Origin: an uncultured Syntrophaceae bacterium
GTDB lineage: Bacteria; Desulfobacterota; Syntrophia; Syntrophales; UBA6807
Assembly: GCA_964523565.1 (NCBI GenBank)
Contig: CAZGAK010000001.1
Location: 3,867-67,866 of the forward strand
DNA length: 64,000 bases
Direction of reading: 5' to 3'
Positions 7,149-15,919 of this stretch are shown here, one piece after another. Position numbers and translations under genes: made by a program. A model generated the notes under the pieces. That model had not been told where the DNA came from and searched no databases. It saw nothing but the letters and a program-made list of their open reading frames with translations. How positions within the stretch are numbered: position 1 is the stretch's first letter; each line of letters opens with the position of its first letter.

Positions 7149-9416
7149 ATGAGAGATCCGGGGATACAAGAAAAAGCAATTGAGGCAATTGTCATAATGA
7201 ATGCGGCTATTACCAATCTGCGTATTTATCCCCCTGCGAGTGCTATGATCAGTAATACAGTTGACAGGGCCTACCAGGTCTTCCTGGCAATCCTTGAGGA
7301 TGAAGAGTCGGTAATATTTGCGGAATCGGAGAAAAACATTCTTGTCTGCGGCCAGTTGCTGGATCAAAAAGACCAGGGAAGACCTCAGGTAGTGGCCTTT
7401 CTTGAATTACTGCTCAATTTCGGGATTAAGAGTGTTACATTTGACAGGGGGATGGATAGAACAGAGCTCCTGACATTTCTGGAAATAATGAAGGAAAAGT
7501 CGGAAAATGTGGAGAAAGAGGGTGGTATACAGAAGATTATCAAAAGTAAAAAACTGCCGCATATCATCCTGGATCAAAAGGTCTATGTTGCGACAGACAA
7601 AGATCGGAAAATCCTGTCTGGTTTGGACATTAAAGATGAGGAAATTATCAAATATTTAGTGGGCGATAATGCGACTTCAGAAATAGACATGGAAAAGGTC
7701 AAAGAGATGGCCGGGGATCCTGAATGGATCTCCCGGATAATTCAGTCTGGCATGAAGCATGCTACAGGGGGGAAGGGGATTGTCCCGGACAGCGAGATAT
7801 CTGAAAATGTTGTCCTTATGATTCGTGCCCTGGACAAAATTGCTGACAGGGTCGACAAAGAAAAAATATCCGGCCAGATATCGAAGTCCATTGCGGGTAT
7901 GGACATTGAAGTTATAAGTGCGGTCTTGATTCGGGGTATCGACGAACTGATTGGAGACGGAATTTTTGATCAGATCGCTAACGAAATCGATGATGAAACG
8001 TTTGAAGATGTCGTTGTCAACATCAAACATGTGGGCGATAGAATTTCGGCCGGGGATAAAAAGTATATACATTCTGACATCGAGTCAGTCAGGCGAGCGT
8101 ATAAAAGTATGATGAATTCCGATAAAGGGCAGCGGAAAAGAGATAAAATTGAGGAAAGGATAGCCGGCGAAGAGAAAGAGGAAGAACAAAAGATCGTTCA
8201 ACTTAAAGATACTGTTGGCCATATTTTGAAGGGTAAAAAGGAATATTTCTTTGATGAACAGATGATGCAATCCTTGCCCGGTATTACCGAACAGCTTTTT
8301 GTCAAGAAGGAAAATGAAACGGTTGAAGATATAATTGACAAGTTGACTGGTGGACTTCTCAGCGAGAACGCAGAAGTACGTACTCAGGCATCGGAGGCCT
8401 TGTCCCGCATTATCGGGAGCTTAACTGTTGAACAGCGAACAGATATGGTAGGCAGAATTTCGGGCAGATTAGTTGATTGGATAAAATTTGAGACCACCGT
8501 GACACCTGCCTACACAAAAATCTGCAGTGAATTGAAAGATCTGGCTCAAACGATGATAAGAGCTAAACAGTTTACTGAATGTGGGTCCATACTGGACGTT
8601 TTTAATGTGATACATTCTGGAAAAGTTGAAAAGATTAAAGAGATTCAGGTTATATCGGGTGATGTGTTACGGGAGATAGCCACAGAAGAGATATTGGACA
8701 TACTCTTTGATGAATTTGAGACAAACAAACAGAACAGACTGGGGGATGCGGGTCTCAATCTGTCTCGATTGGGGACGGCACCTTTGAATCGCTTGCTAGA
8801 CATACTGTTAGAAAGCCCGGATAGCGCTGAACGCATTCGAATCTTAAAAATTGTTTCTGAGATCGGACACGTTGCGGTGCCTGTCCTGACAGAGCGAATT
8901 AAGGAAGGTGAACCCTGGTATTTCATACGCAATTTAGTGTACCTGATAGGTAAAGTAGGGGGAGAAGACCAGGCGAAACTCCTGGGGCCGCTTCTGGTTG
9001 ACAAACGTCCTCAGGTTCGTGAAGAAACTCTGAAAAGTATTTACAGCATAGGGGGAAAATATCGGGTAAATATTCTCCTTTCTTCCCTGCCTGAGTCTGC
9101 TGAACAAATGAAAAGCAACATCGTGGAAATGTTAGGTTCCCTGAAAGACACCAATTCTGTACGTCCTCTGCTGGAAATGCTAAAATCAAAACCACTTATT
9201 ACCTCGAAGGTAAGAAACGAACTGGAAGAAAAGATCTGCGTTGCTCTCGGCAACATAGGGAGTCAAGAGGCGATTCCGACACTAATGGTAATTAGTGGAC
9301 AAAGGGGTTTATTAGGCGTAAAGCGTTATAGCCCAAAGGTAAAAGTAGTTGCCGGTAAAGCTGTAGCAACCATAAGGAGGAAGCAGTCTGAAGAAGATAA
9401 TAAAAAACATCGGTAA
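7149..9416 (+). CDS. Large HEAT/armadillo-repeat protein of unknown function
   Basis: The C-terminal roughly 230 aa shows repeated HEAT-like units (SAERIRILKIVSEIG, PQVREETLKSIYSIG, NSVRPLLEMLKS, GNIGSQEAIPTLM). I prefer the start at ATG 7149, preceded by AGGAGG at 7136-7141, over the track start at 7038, which overlaps hemB. Confidence 0.55.
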   Translation: MRDPGIQEKAIEAIVIMNAAITNLRIYPPASAMISNTVDRAYQVFLAILEDEESVIFAESEKNILVCGQLLDQKDQGRPQVVAFLELLLNFGIKSVTFDRGMDRTELLTFLEIMKEKSENVEKEGGIQKIIKSKKLPHIILDQKVYVATDKDRKILSGLDIKDEEIIKYLVGDNATSEIDMEKVKEMAGDPEWISRIIQSGMKHATGGKGIVPDSEISENVVLMIRALDKIADRVDKEKISGQISKSIAGMDIEVISAVLIRGIDELIGDGIFDQIANEIDDETFEDVVVNIKHVGDRISAGDKKYIHSDIESVRRAYKSMMNSDKGQRKRDKIEERIAGEEKEEEQKIVQLKDTVGHILKGKKEYFFDEQMMQSLPGITEQLFVKKENETVEDIIDKLTGGLLSENAEVRTQASEALSRIIGSLTVEQRTDMVGRISGRLVDWIKFETTVTPAYTKICSELKDLAQTMIRAKQFTECGSILDVFNVIHSGKVEKIKEIQVISGDVLREIATEEILDILFDEFETNKQNRLGDAGLNLSRLGTAPLNRLLDILLESPDSAERIRILKIVSEIGHVAVPVLTERIKEGEPWYFIRNLVYLIGKVGGEDQAKLLGPLLVDKRPQVREETLKSIYSIGGKYRVNILLSSLPESAEQMKSNIVEMLGSLKDTNSVRPLLEMLKSKPLITSKVRNELEEKICVALGNIGSQEAIPTLMVISGQRGLLGVKRYSPKVKVVAGKAVATIRRKQSEEDNKKHR

Positions 9417-9450
9417 AGATTCTTCTTTAATTTTACCCAACACCCTTCGC

Positions 9451-10485
9451 ATGATCGCCTGGGAGGTGACACGAAGGTGTAATCTGTCATGCCTCCACTG
9501 CCGGGCTTCTTCAGAGCATGGCCCCTATGAAGGGGAATTTACCACAAATCAGTGTTTTAAACTCCTCGATGACATAGCAGCATTCAGTAAGCCCGTAATT
9601 ATCCTTACCGGAGGGGAGCCGTACCTTCGTGATGATATTTATGAAATCGCTTCCTACGGGGATCAAAAAGGTTTACGCATGGTGCTGGCAACCAACGGCA
9701 CCCTTGTTACCGATGAAATCGCGAGAAAGACTCTGGAATCGGGGATTAAAAGGGTCAGCATCAGCATTGACGGTTCCAATGCAGACAATCACGATACCTT
9801 TCGCGGTGTTCCCGGTGCATTTGATGGTTCTATGGCAGGTATTGAGTCCTTTAAGAAAGCCGGCGTAGAATTTCAGATCAATACGACAATAACACGCCTG
9901 AACCTGGATCAGATTGAGGACATTTTTAAACTGGCGATTGATTTAGGTGCCGCTGCCCACCATATCTTCCTTCTGGTTCCAACCGGTCGTGCCAGGGAAA
10001 TGCTGGATCAGGAGATACCGCCGGAAGATTACGAAAAGACTTTGAACTGGTTTTATAAACAGAGTTTCTCCTGCCCGCTCCAGCTTAAAGCAACATGTGC
10101 CCCCCAGTATTACCGGATTTTCCATCAAGGGAAAAAAGAGAGAGAAAAAAAATCAGTAATCGAGGAGAATCCGTTTCATGCCATGACAAGGGGCTGTATG
10201 GGGGGAAGTTCCTTTTGCTTTATTTCCCATACAGGGCAGGTACAGCCTTGCGGTTTCCTTGAGGTTGACTGCGGTCAGATTAAAGAAGATAATTTTGAAG
10301 ATATCTGGAATGATTCACCTGTTTTTAGCGACTTGAGGGATCTCAGGCTGTATAAAGGAAAGTGCGGACGTTGCGAGTTCATAAAAGTATGCGGGGGGTG
10401 TCGTGCCCGTGCCTACGAAATTACAGGAGATTATCTTGCCGAGGAACCGTTTTGCGTTTATGAACCAGGGAATAGGGGGCAGTGA
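9451..10485 (+). CDS. ahbD: Radical SAM/SPASM enzyme of the NirJ family, probably AhbD (heme b synthase, NirJ1 type)
   Basis: N-terminus MIAWEVTRRCNLSCLHCRA and C-terminal CGRCEFIKVCGGCRARAY auxiliary-cluster motif, in the heme-cluster context. Confidence 0.65.
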   Translation: MIAWEVTRRCNLSCLHCRASSEHGPYEGEFTTNQCFKLLDDIAAFSKPVIILTGGEPYLRDDIYEIASYGDQKGLRMVLATNGTLVTDEIARKTLESGIKRVSISIDGSNADNHDTFRGVPGAFDGSMAGIESFKKAGVEFQINTTITRLNLDQIEDIFKLAIDLGAAAHHIFLLVPTGRAREMLDQEIPPEDYEKTLNWFYKQSFSCPLQLKATCAPQYYRIFHQGKKEREKKSVIEENPFHAMTRGCMGGSSFCFISHTGQVQPCGFLEVDCGQIKEDNFEDIWNDSPVFSDLRDLRLYKGKCGRCEFIKVCGGCRARAYEITGDYLAEEPFCVYEPGNRGQ

Positions 10486-10559
10486 TCAGTGGTCAGTGAT
10501 GAGTAAGTTGTCTTGATCAGATACAAATTGAACCTTGAACCTTTTACCTTTGCCTTGCC

Positions 10560-11006
10560 ATGGACGAAACAGACAAAAAAATTCTTAATATTATCCAAAC
10601 CGATTTTCCTGTAGAAGCAGAGCCCTTTAAGGTTCTTGGAGAGAAAATTGGCATCAGCGAAGATGAAGCCCTGAAGCGTGTAAAAAAGCTTAAAGACGGC
10701 GGAATCATACGCAGAATCGGAGCGATATTCGATATCGGAAAGCTCGGATTTGCGAGTACCCTCTGTGCCGCAAGGGTTCCGGAAGAGAAAATCAATGAAT
10801 TTGTTAAGGTTGTTAATTCATATCCTGGTGTTACCCACAATTACAGAAGAACCCATGAGTACAATATCTGGTTTACCTTTATTGCTCCATCCGAGGATGA
10901 AATAAAAAGATCCCTGAAAGAAATCAGTGATAAAACCGGAATTGCTGATATTCTCAATTTGCCTGCGAGAAGAAAATTCAAAATTGATGCCAGCTTTGAG
11001 CTGTAA
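10560..11006 (+). CDS. Siroheme decarboxylase subunit (AhbA/AhbB; NirD/G/H/L-type Lrp/AsnC-like protein)
   Basis: 148 aa. It has an N-terminal HTH (DKKILNIIQTDFPVEAEPF) followed by an AsnC-type domain (GVTHNYRR), and it is adjacent to the ahbD-like gene. Confidence 0.6.
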   Translation: MDETDKKILNIIQTDFPVEAEPFKVLGEKIGISEDEALKRVKKLKDGGIIRRIGAIFDIGKLGFASTLCAARVPEEKINEFVKVVNSYPGVTHNYRRTHEYNIWFTFIAPSEDEIKRSLKEISDKTGIADILNLPARRKFKIDASFEL

Positions 11007-11045
11007 TGTTGAGACCTTTTTCAAAGGTCTCCTTAAGAGTAAAAA

Positions 11046-13727
11046 ATGACAAAGGAAACAAAAAAACCAAGATTATTTCTTATCGACGGCAGTAATTATA
11101 TCTATCGCGCCTATTACGCGATTCGTGAGCTTTCCAACTCCAGTGGGTTTCCCACCAATGCGATCTATGGTTTTACCAATATGCTGATAAAGCTCTGCCG
11201 TGATTGGGAGCCTGATTATATTGCCGTTGTGTTTGATTTGAAAGGCCCCACATTCCGGCATGAAATCTATGACCTGTATAAAGCAAATCGCAAGACTATG
11301 CCGGACGACCTGATTCCCCAGGTTCCTTACATCAAGGATGTTGTTCGGGGTTTTTCCATGCCGGTTATAGAAGAGGAGGGCATGGAGGCCGATGATATTA
11401 TCGGGACTCTTGTGAAGACCTATGCGTCGGAAGGAATGGAAACGGTTATTGTATCCGGTGACAAGGATTTCATGCAGCTCGTGTCGGATGATGTGTTGCT
11501 GATCGATACGATGAAGGAGAAAACCTATGATGTGGAAGGGGTCAAAGAGCGTTTTGGCGTTGAGCCGGACAAAGTCGTGGACATACTCGGCCTTGCTGGG
11601 GATGCATCGGATAACATTCCCGGTGTTCCCGGTGTAGGAGAAAAGACGGCGATCAAACTTATAGAGGAATTTGGCAGCATGGAAGGTGTTTTAGAAAATG
11701 CCGATCGTGTTAAAAACAAAAGGACAAGAAATAATCTGAAGGAATTTGCCGATCAGGCACGTTTGAGCCGGGATCTGGCTACCATAAAAACTGATATCGA
11801 TCTGAAGCTTGATCTGGAGGATTTCCGCCGCACAGAGCCGAATGCGGAAGCCCTGAAGGAATTATTCAGGGAATTTGAATTTTCATCTCTCCTCCAGACG
11901 TTAAAGATTCAGGAGGAGGATGAGGAGAGAAAATACGGCCTGATTCTGAAAGAATCTGAATTAGGCAATCTTGTGAAAAGACTCAGGGGGTTAAAGGAAT
12001 TTTCCTTTGATCTCGCCCTGACCTCGAATGAACCGATGAGGGCCGAAATTGTCGGGCTTTCCATTTGTCCTGAACCGCGGGAGGCTTATTATATTCCTCT
12101 TTCCCATGACTATGAGGAAGTGCCCGTCCAGCTTCATCCTGGTGTCGTGCTAAAAGAAATAACGCCTTTTCTTGAAAATGAGGGAATTAAAAAACACGGA
12201 TATGATATAAAAAATTCCCTCATTGTCCTTTCCGGGAAAGGGATTGAGCTGAAGGGCATTTCCTGTGATTGCATGGTGGCCTCATATGTCCTGAATCCTT
12301 CAAAACGAAGTTTTGGATTGGATGATCTTGCGAGAGATTATCTCGACCGAGAGCTTATTCCTGTAAAAGGATTGACGGGTAGCGGTTCAAAGGCGATTCC
12401 CTTCAGCGCCGTTCCTCTGGACAAGGCAATGAATTATTCATGCCAGAGGGCGGACTTTGTTTCTCGACTGTCTTCAATACTCTGCGAAGAAATCGAAAAA
12501 GAAGGGTTCATGGATCTTTTCTACGATGTTGAAATGCCGCTGATTGAGGTATTAGCCTCCATGGAGAAGAAGGGGGTTTTGCTTGATGGCAAACTGCTCG
12601 ATGAATTATCACAGCAACTTGGAGAGTTGCTGAACCTTTCCGAGGAAAAGATCTATCACCTTGCCGGTGAAAAGTTCAATATTAACTCTCCTAAACAATT
12701 GCAGGTCATTCTGTTCGATAAGCTGGGGCTGCCAAAGGGGAAAAGGACAAAAAAGGGCTATTCAACAGATGTAGAGGTGCTGACCTATCTGGCCCAGTCT
12801 TACGAACTTCCGGCAGAAATCCTGGCGTACAGGAGTCTGACAAAACTGAAATCCACCTACGTTGATGCCTTACCCGTGCTGGTCAATCCTGAAACAGGAA
12901 GAATCCATACATCATATAACCAGACCGTTACGGCAACGGGAAGACTTTCCGGCAGCAATCCGAATCTGCAGAATATTCCCATAAGGACAACGGAGGGAAA
13001 AAGAATTCGTCAGGCCTTTATTGCCCCGGAGGGGAGCATAATCGTTTCAGCCGATTACTCTCAGATAGAACTCCGTGTCCTGGCCCACCTTTCCGGAGAC
13101 GAGACACTGATTCGTGCATTTCAGACGGATGAAGATATTCATACGAGAACGGCTTCCGATGTCTTTGGTGTATTTCCCGAGATGGTAAATGCCGAGATGA
13201 GACGGCAGGCGAAGGTAATAAATTTCGGCATCCTTTACGGGATGAGTCCTTTCGGCCTCTCAAGGGAACTCGGTATAAATCAGAAGCTGGCCAGGGCATA
13301 TATAGATGAATATTTTAATAAATTCCACGGAGTTCGTGAATTTTTGGATCACATCCTGCAGAAGGCGAGGAAAGACGGTTTTGTTACAACCCTTCTGAAT
13401 CGCCGCCGATATCTGCCCGATATCAACAGTAAAAATTCAACGGTTCGTCAGTTTGCCGAGCGTATGGCAATCAATACCCCCATACAGGGAACTGCGGCCG
13501 ATCTCATCAAGGTGGCCATGCTGAATATCTGGAGAAAACTGAAGGGAAAAGGGCTGTCGGCAGATATGATTATGCAGGTTCATGATGAACTTGTCTTTGA
13601 AGTTCCGATGGTCGAAAAGGACGATGTCATGGATCTGGTCAAACGGGAAATGGAGAATGTCATAACGTTAAAAGTTCCCCTCAAGGTGGAAATATCTTCC
13701 GGGGAGAACTGGGATGAGGCACATTAA
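11046..13727 (+). CDS. polA: DNA polymerase I
   Basis: 893 aa. It has a 5'-nuclease N-terminus (LIDGSNYIYRAYYA, SGDKDFMQL) and polymerase motifs (DYSQIELRVLAH, RRQAKVINFGILYGMS, QVHDELVFE). Confidence 0.95.
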   Translation: MTKETKKPRLFLIDGSNYIYRAYYAIRELSNSSGFPTNAIYGFTNMLIKLCRDWEPDYIAVVFDLKGPTFRHEIYDLYKANRKTMPDDLIPQVPYIKDVVRGFSMPVIEEEGMEADDIIGTLVKTYASEGMETVIVSGDKDFMQLVSDDVLLIDTMKEKTYDVEGVKERFGVEPDKVVDILGLAGDASDNIPGVPGVGEKTAIKLIEEFGSMEGVLENADRVKNKRTRNNLKEFADQARLSRDLATIKTDIDLKLDLEDFRRTEPNAEALKELFREFEFSSLLQTLKIQEEDEERKYGLILKESELGNLVKRLRGLKEFSFDLALTSNEPMRAEIVGLSICPEPREAYYIPLSHDYEEVPVQLHPGVVLKEITPFLENEGIKKHGYDIKNSLIVLSGKGIELKGISCDCMVASYVLNPSKRSFGLDDLARDYLDRELIPVKGLTGSGSKAIPFSAVPLDKAMNYSCQRADFVSRLSSILCEEIEKEGFMDLFYDVEMPLIEVLASMEKKGVLLDGKLLDELSQQLGELLNLSEEKIYHLAGEKFNINSPKQLQVILFDKLGLPKGKRTKKGYSTDVEVLTYLAQSYELPAEILAYRSLTKLKSTYVDALPVLVNPETGRIHTSYNQTVTATGRLSGSNPNLQNIPIRTTEGKRIRQAFIAPEGSIIVSADYSQIELRVLAHLSGDETLIRAFQTDEDIHTRTASDVFGVFPEMVNAEMRRQAKVINFGILYGMSPFGLSRELGINQKLARAYIDEYFNKFHGVREFLDHILQKARKDGFVTTLLNRRRYLPDINSKNSTVRQFAERMAINTPIQGTAADLIKVAMLNIWRKLKGKGLSADMIMQVHDELVFEVPMVEKDDVMDLVKREMENVITLKVPLKVEISSGENWDEAH

Positions 13728-13749
13728 AGTCTTCCCCCCCTGCCTGTTA

Positions 13750-14313
13750 TTATGATTGCATTTCTTTCATAAATTCTTCCGAAGTTATTATCTTGAATAG
13801 AGGGTAAAGAGGATTTTTCCGGTAAATATTCAACATTGATTCGTGTATTTCCTGATTGAAGGACGCGCAGCAGTCTTCAATGATATAAGCGCGAAAATCA
13901 TGGGAAAGGGCATCCAGGGCAGTTGTCAAAACACACCAGTGGGTGGCGAGTCCTGTGATTGCAACGGTATCCACTCCATATAAGCGCAGTGTTTGATCCA
14001 GATCTGTCTTAAAAAAAGCGCTGAAGCGTCGCTTTGGAAGAAATAAATCCGTATCACACTGGACAAGTTCATCCGTAACCTCAGCTCCTTCGGTGCCGCG
14101 GATAGAATGCTCGTTCATTTTTCCCTGAAATATGAAGTCACCCGGAAGAAAACTGTCCATGGCAAAAATGACCGGTATCGAACGACTCCTGGCAGATTCC
14201 GTAAGGCGATTGGTACTTGCTGTAATTGCCCTGGCAAAGGGTGTTATTGGCAACTTATGTTCATCATTGAAAGTATCTTTAAGCATATCCACTATAACAA
14301 TTGCCGGTCTCAT
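13750..14313 (-). CDS. Isochorismatase-family cysteine hydrolase (nicotinamidase-like)
   Basis: 187 aa. N-terminal IVIVDMLKDF-type motif and a conserved Cys context GLATHWCVLTTALDA. Confidence 0.7.
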   Translation of the reverse strand: MRPAIVIVDMLKDTFNDEHKLPITPFARAITASTNRLTESARSRSIPVIFAMDSFLPGDFIFQGKMNEHSIRGTEGAEVTDELVQCDTDLFLPKRRFSAFFKTDLDQTLRLYGVDTVAITGLATHWCVLTTALDALSHDFRAYIIEDCCASFNQEIHESMLNIYRKNPLYPLFKIITSEEFMKEMQS

Positions 14314-14335
14314 AATGTAACCCCTTTATCACTTA

Positions 14336-14469
14336 TTAGATTCTTTATTCTCAACAACCGAGTCCTTTGAGCAGATATTGAAAGGCGAAAGGCTGAAGGC
14401 TAAGGGCTGAAGGAAAAACCTTTAGCCCTTGGTCCTCATTGCTCAGTCCTTGCGGCTTTGCCGCATTAG
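14336..14469 (+). repeat. Modular repeat family 1, beta core
   Basis: TTAGATTCTTTATTCTCAACAAC..., a heptad-built beta core, then GCGGCTTTGCCGCATTAG. It is nearly identical to the reverse complement of 25251-25398. Confidence 0.9.
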
Positions 14470-14491
14470 ATTGTTGATCCTCTCGCAATGT

Positions 14492-14956
14492 TTAAGGTTC
14501 AGAGATCGTAGGTTCGATGGTTACGGCATCCGCAACCGCTTTTTCAGATGGAGCTTCCAGCAGGCGGTTCGGATTTTGTTCGATTCGCATTGTAAGTGCC
14601 CCGCCCATAATGCTGACTTCAAACTTTTTATCAGATAGATTCATCTCTTTAACAGTTTCCCGAAGGTTTCTAAATTGTCTCTTTGCCCAGTAATATGTAA
14701 ATATGAATCCGCCTACTGCTGCCAGTAAAATCACCAGAAACACCCACCAGGGTGTGGTAATGACTTTTCCCACTACTGTGAAGATTATTATCAGACCGAA
14801 GAGGAGAAGTAACTGAAGGCCGATAACCAGGTACATATAAACGAGACCCTGGCGAACATCAGAGGGCTTCTCAAGTTTTAACCCTTCCTTTTCTTTCTTT
14901 ACTTTTTTCTCTTCTTTCTTTTTCCCCCGGCGCTCAAATAACCGCTTGAAAAGCAT
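14492..14956 (-). CDS. Hypothetical membrane protein with a lysine-rich N-terminus
   Basis: Two predicted TM helices (LVYMYLVIGLQLLLLFGLIIIF, WWVFLVILLAAVGGFIF). I recognise no family. Confidence 0.35.
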   Translation of the reverse strand: MLFKRLFERRGKKKEEKKVKKEKEGLKLEKPSDVRQGLVYMYLVIGLQLLLLFGLIIIFTVVGKVITTPWWVFLVILLAAVGGFIFTYYWAKRQFRNLRETVKEMNLSDKKFEVSIMGGALTMRIEQNPNRLLEAPSEKAVADAVTIEPTISEP

Positions 14957-15139
14957 AATTTATTCACATTTATCATTATTTTTTTGTTTGTAGCGAAAAA
15001 GGCTATCATTCGCTTATTGGGGTGTCAATGAAAATTGAAAGGCGAAAAGGCAAGATCTTAAGCCTGCAGGGCCCGAGAGAAAAACAGGGGGAGGGTTGAA
15101 ACTGAATAAATTATCCTGGATAAAAATATTTGAAGGCTT

Positions 15140-15664
15140 TTACTGATACGTTTTTTTCTTGAGAGAAAGAATCAAAGTAAATTTGGCCACCGGCTCATCC
15201 CCGAACTTGCCGGGAACTGTTGCAATCACATGAATGGGAGATTCCACTCGTTCCGTTGACTCGGTGGCAGCGTTCACCAGGTCGGAGATAACGCGACCGT
15301 CGTTGCAGATAAAATGAACATCTCCTTCTGCGCGCTTCAGGAATTCTGCTGTGAGTGTTTTGAAAATCAGAGAAATATTTTCAGAACTTTCCTGTATAAG
15401 TTTCATGGCCATGAGTCCACCGGCACAATCAGCTCCCATCGCGAGAGCTCCGAAGTACATTGACCTCAGATGATTCATTGTCCTTCGACGTAAAGGAATC
15501 TTGACCACCACTCTTTCCCTGGACAATTCAATGACAGATGGTCGGACAAACAATAATAAAGGAATCTTTGTTAAGCCAAAAAATCGCAGCGTGAGGGTTG
15601 CTAATACGTTTTCCGGGATAAATCTGTCCAGCCGTTTCAACAAGTAAGTTCCTTTTCTAACCAT
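15140..15664 (-). CDS. Hotdog-fold thioesterase-like protein (DUF4442/PaaI-like)
   Basis: 174 aa. The NHLRSMYFGALAMGADCAGG segment resembles the hotdog thioesterase core. Confidence 0.45.
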   Translation of the reverse strand: MVRKGTYLLKRLDRFIPENVLATLTLRFFGLTKIPLLLFVRPSVIELSRERVVVKIPLRRRTMNHLRSMYFGALAMGADCAGGLMAMKLIQESSENISLIFKTLTAEFLKRAEGDVHFICNDGRVISDLVNAATESTERVESPIHVIATVPGKFGDEPVAKFTLILSLKKKTYQ

Positions 15665-15861
15665 TTGTCAGTATTACTCCTTAAATGTTTTTTGCTTTCT
15701 CAAGTTCCGGAATAAGCCATATCTTTTCCCGGCGGAATTTGCAAATGTTAAACTTTACGATTATTTTATTAAATGGTCTTTGTCGATATCTTTGATCACG
15801 CCTAATGCACCTGACATCTGACATTGGCGAGATACCGACCATCTGTACAAAAGTCTCACAA

Positions 15862-15901
15862 ACAAAAAGGGGGGAGTCAAGACATCCGTCTGATTCCCCC
15901 C
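15862..15901 (-). terminator. Rho-independent terminator after the formamidase gene
   Basis: GGGGGGAGTCA (15869-15879) pairs with TGATTCCCCCC (15891-15901) with one mismatch, followed on the minus strand by a T-run. It lies 19 nt past the stop codon. Confidence 0.7.
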
Positions 15902-15919
15902 TTCCTCTTGTTTTTCCTG

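Noticed and set aside
14395-14430. Resemblance of CTAAGGG / CCTTTAG heptads to plant-type telomeric TTTAGGG repeats.
   Set aside because: The units are degenerate and interspersed with other heptads, and they lie in internal intergenic positions of a bacterial gene array. I treat the similarity as coincidental.
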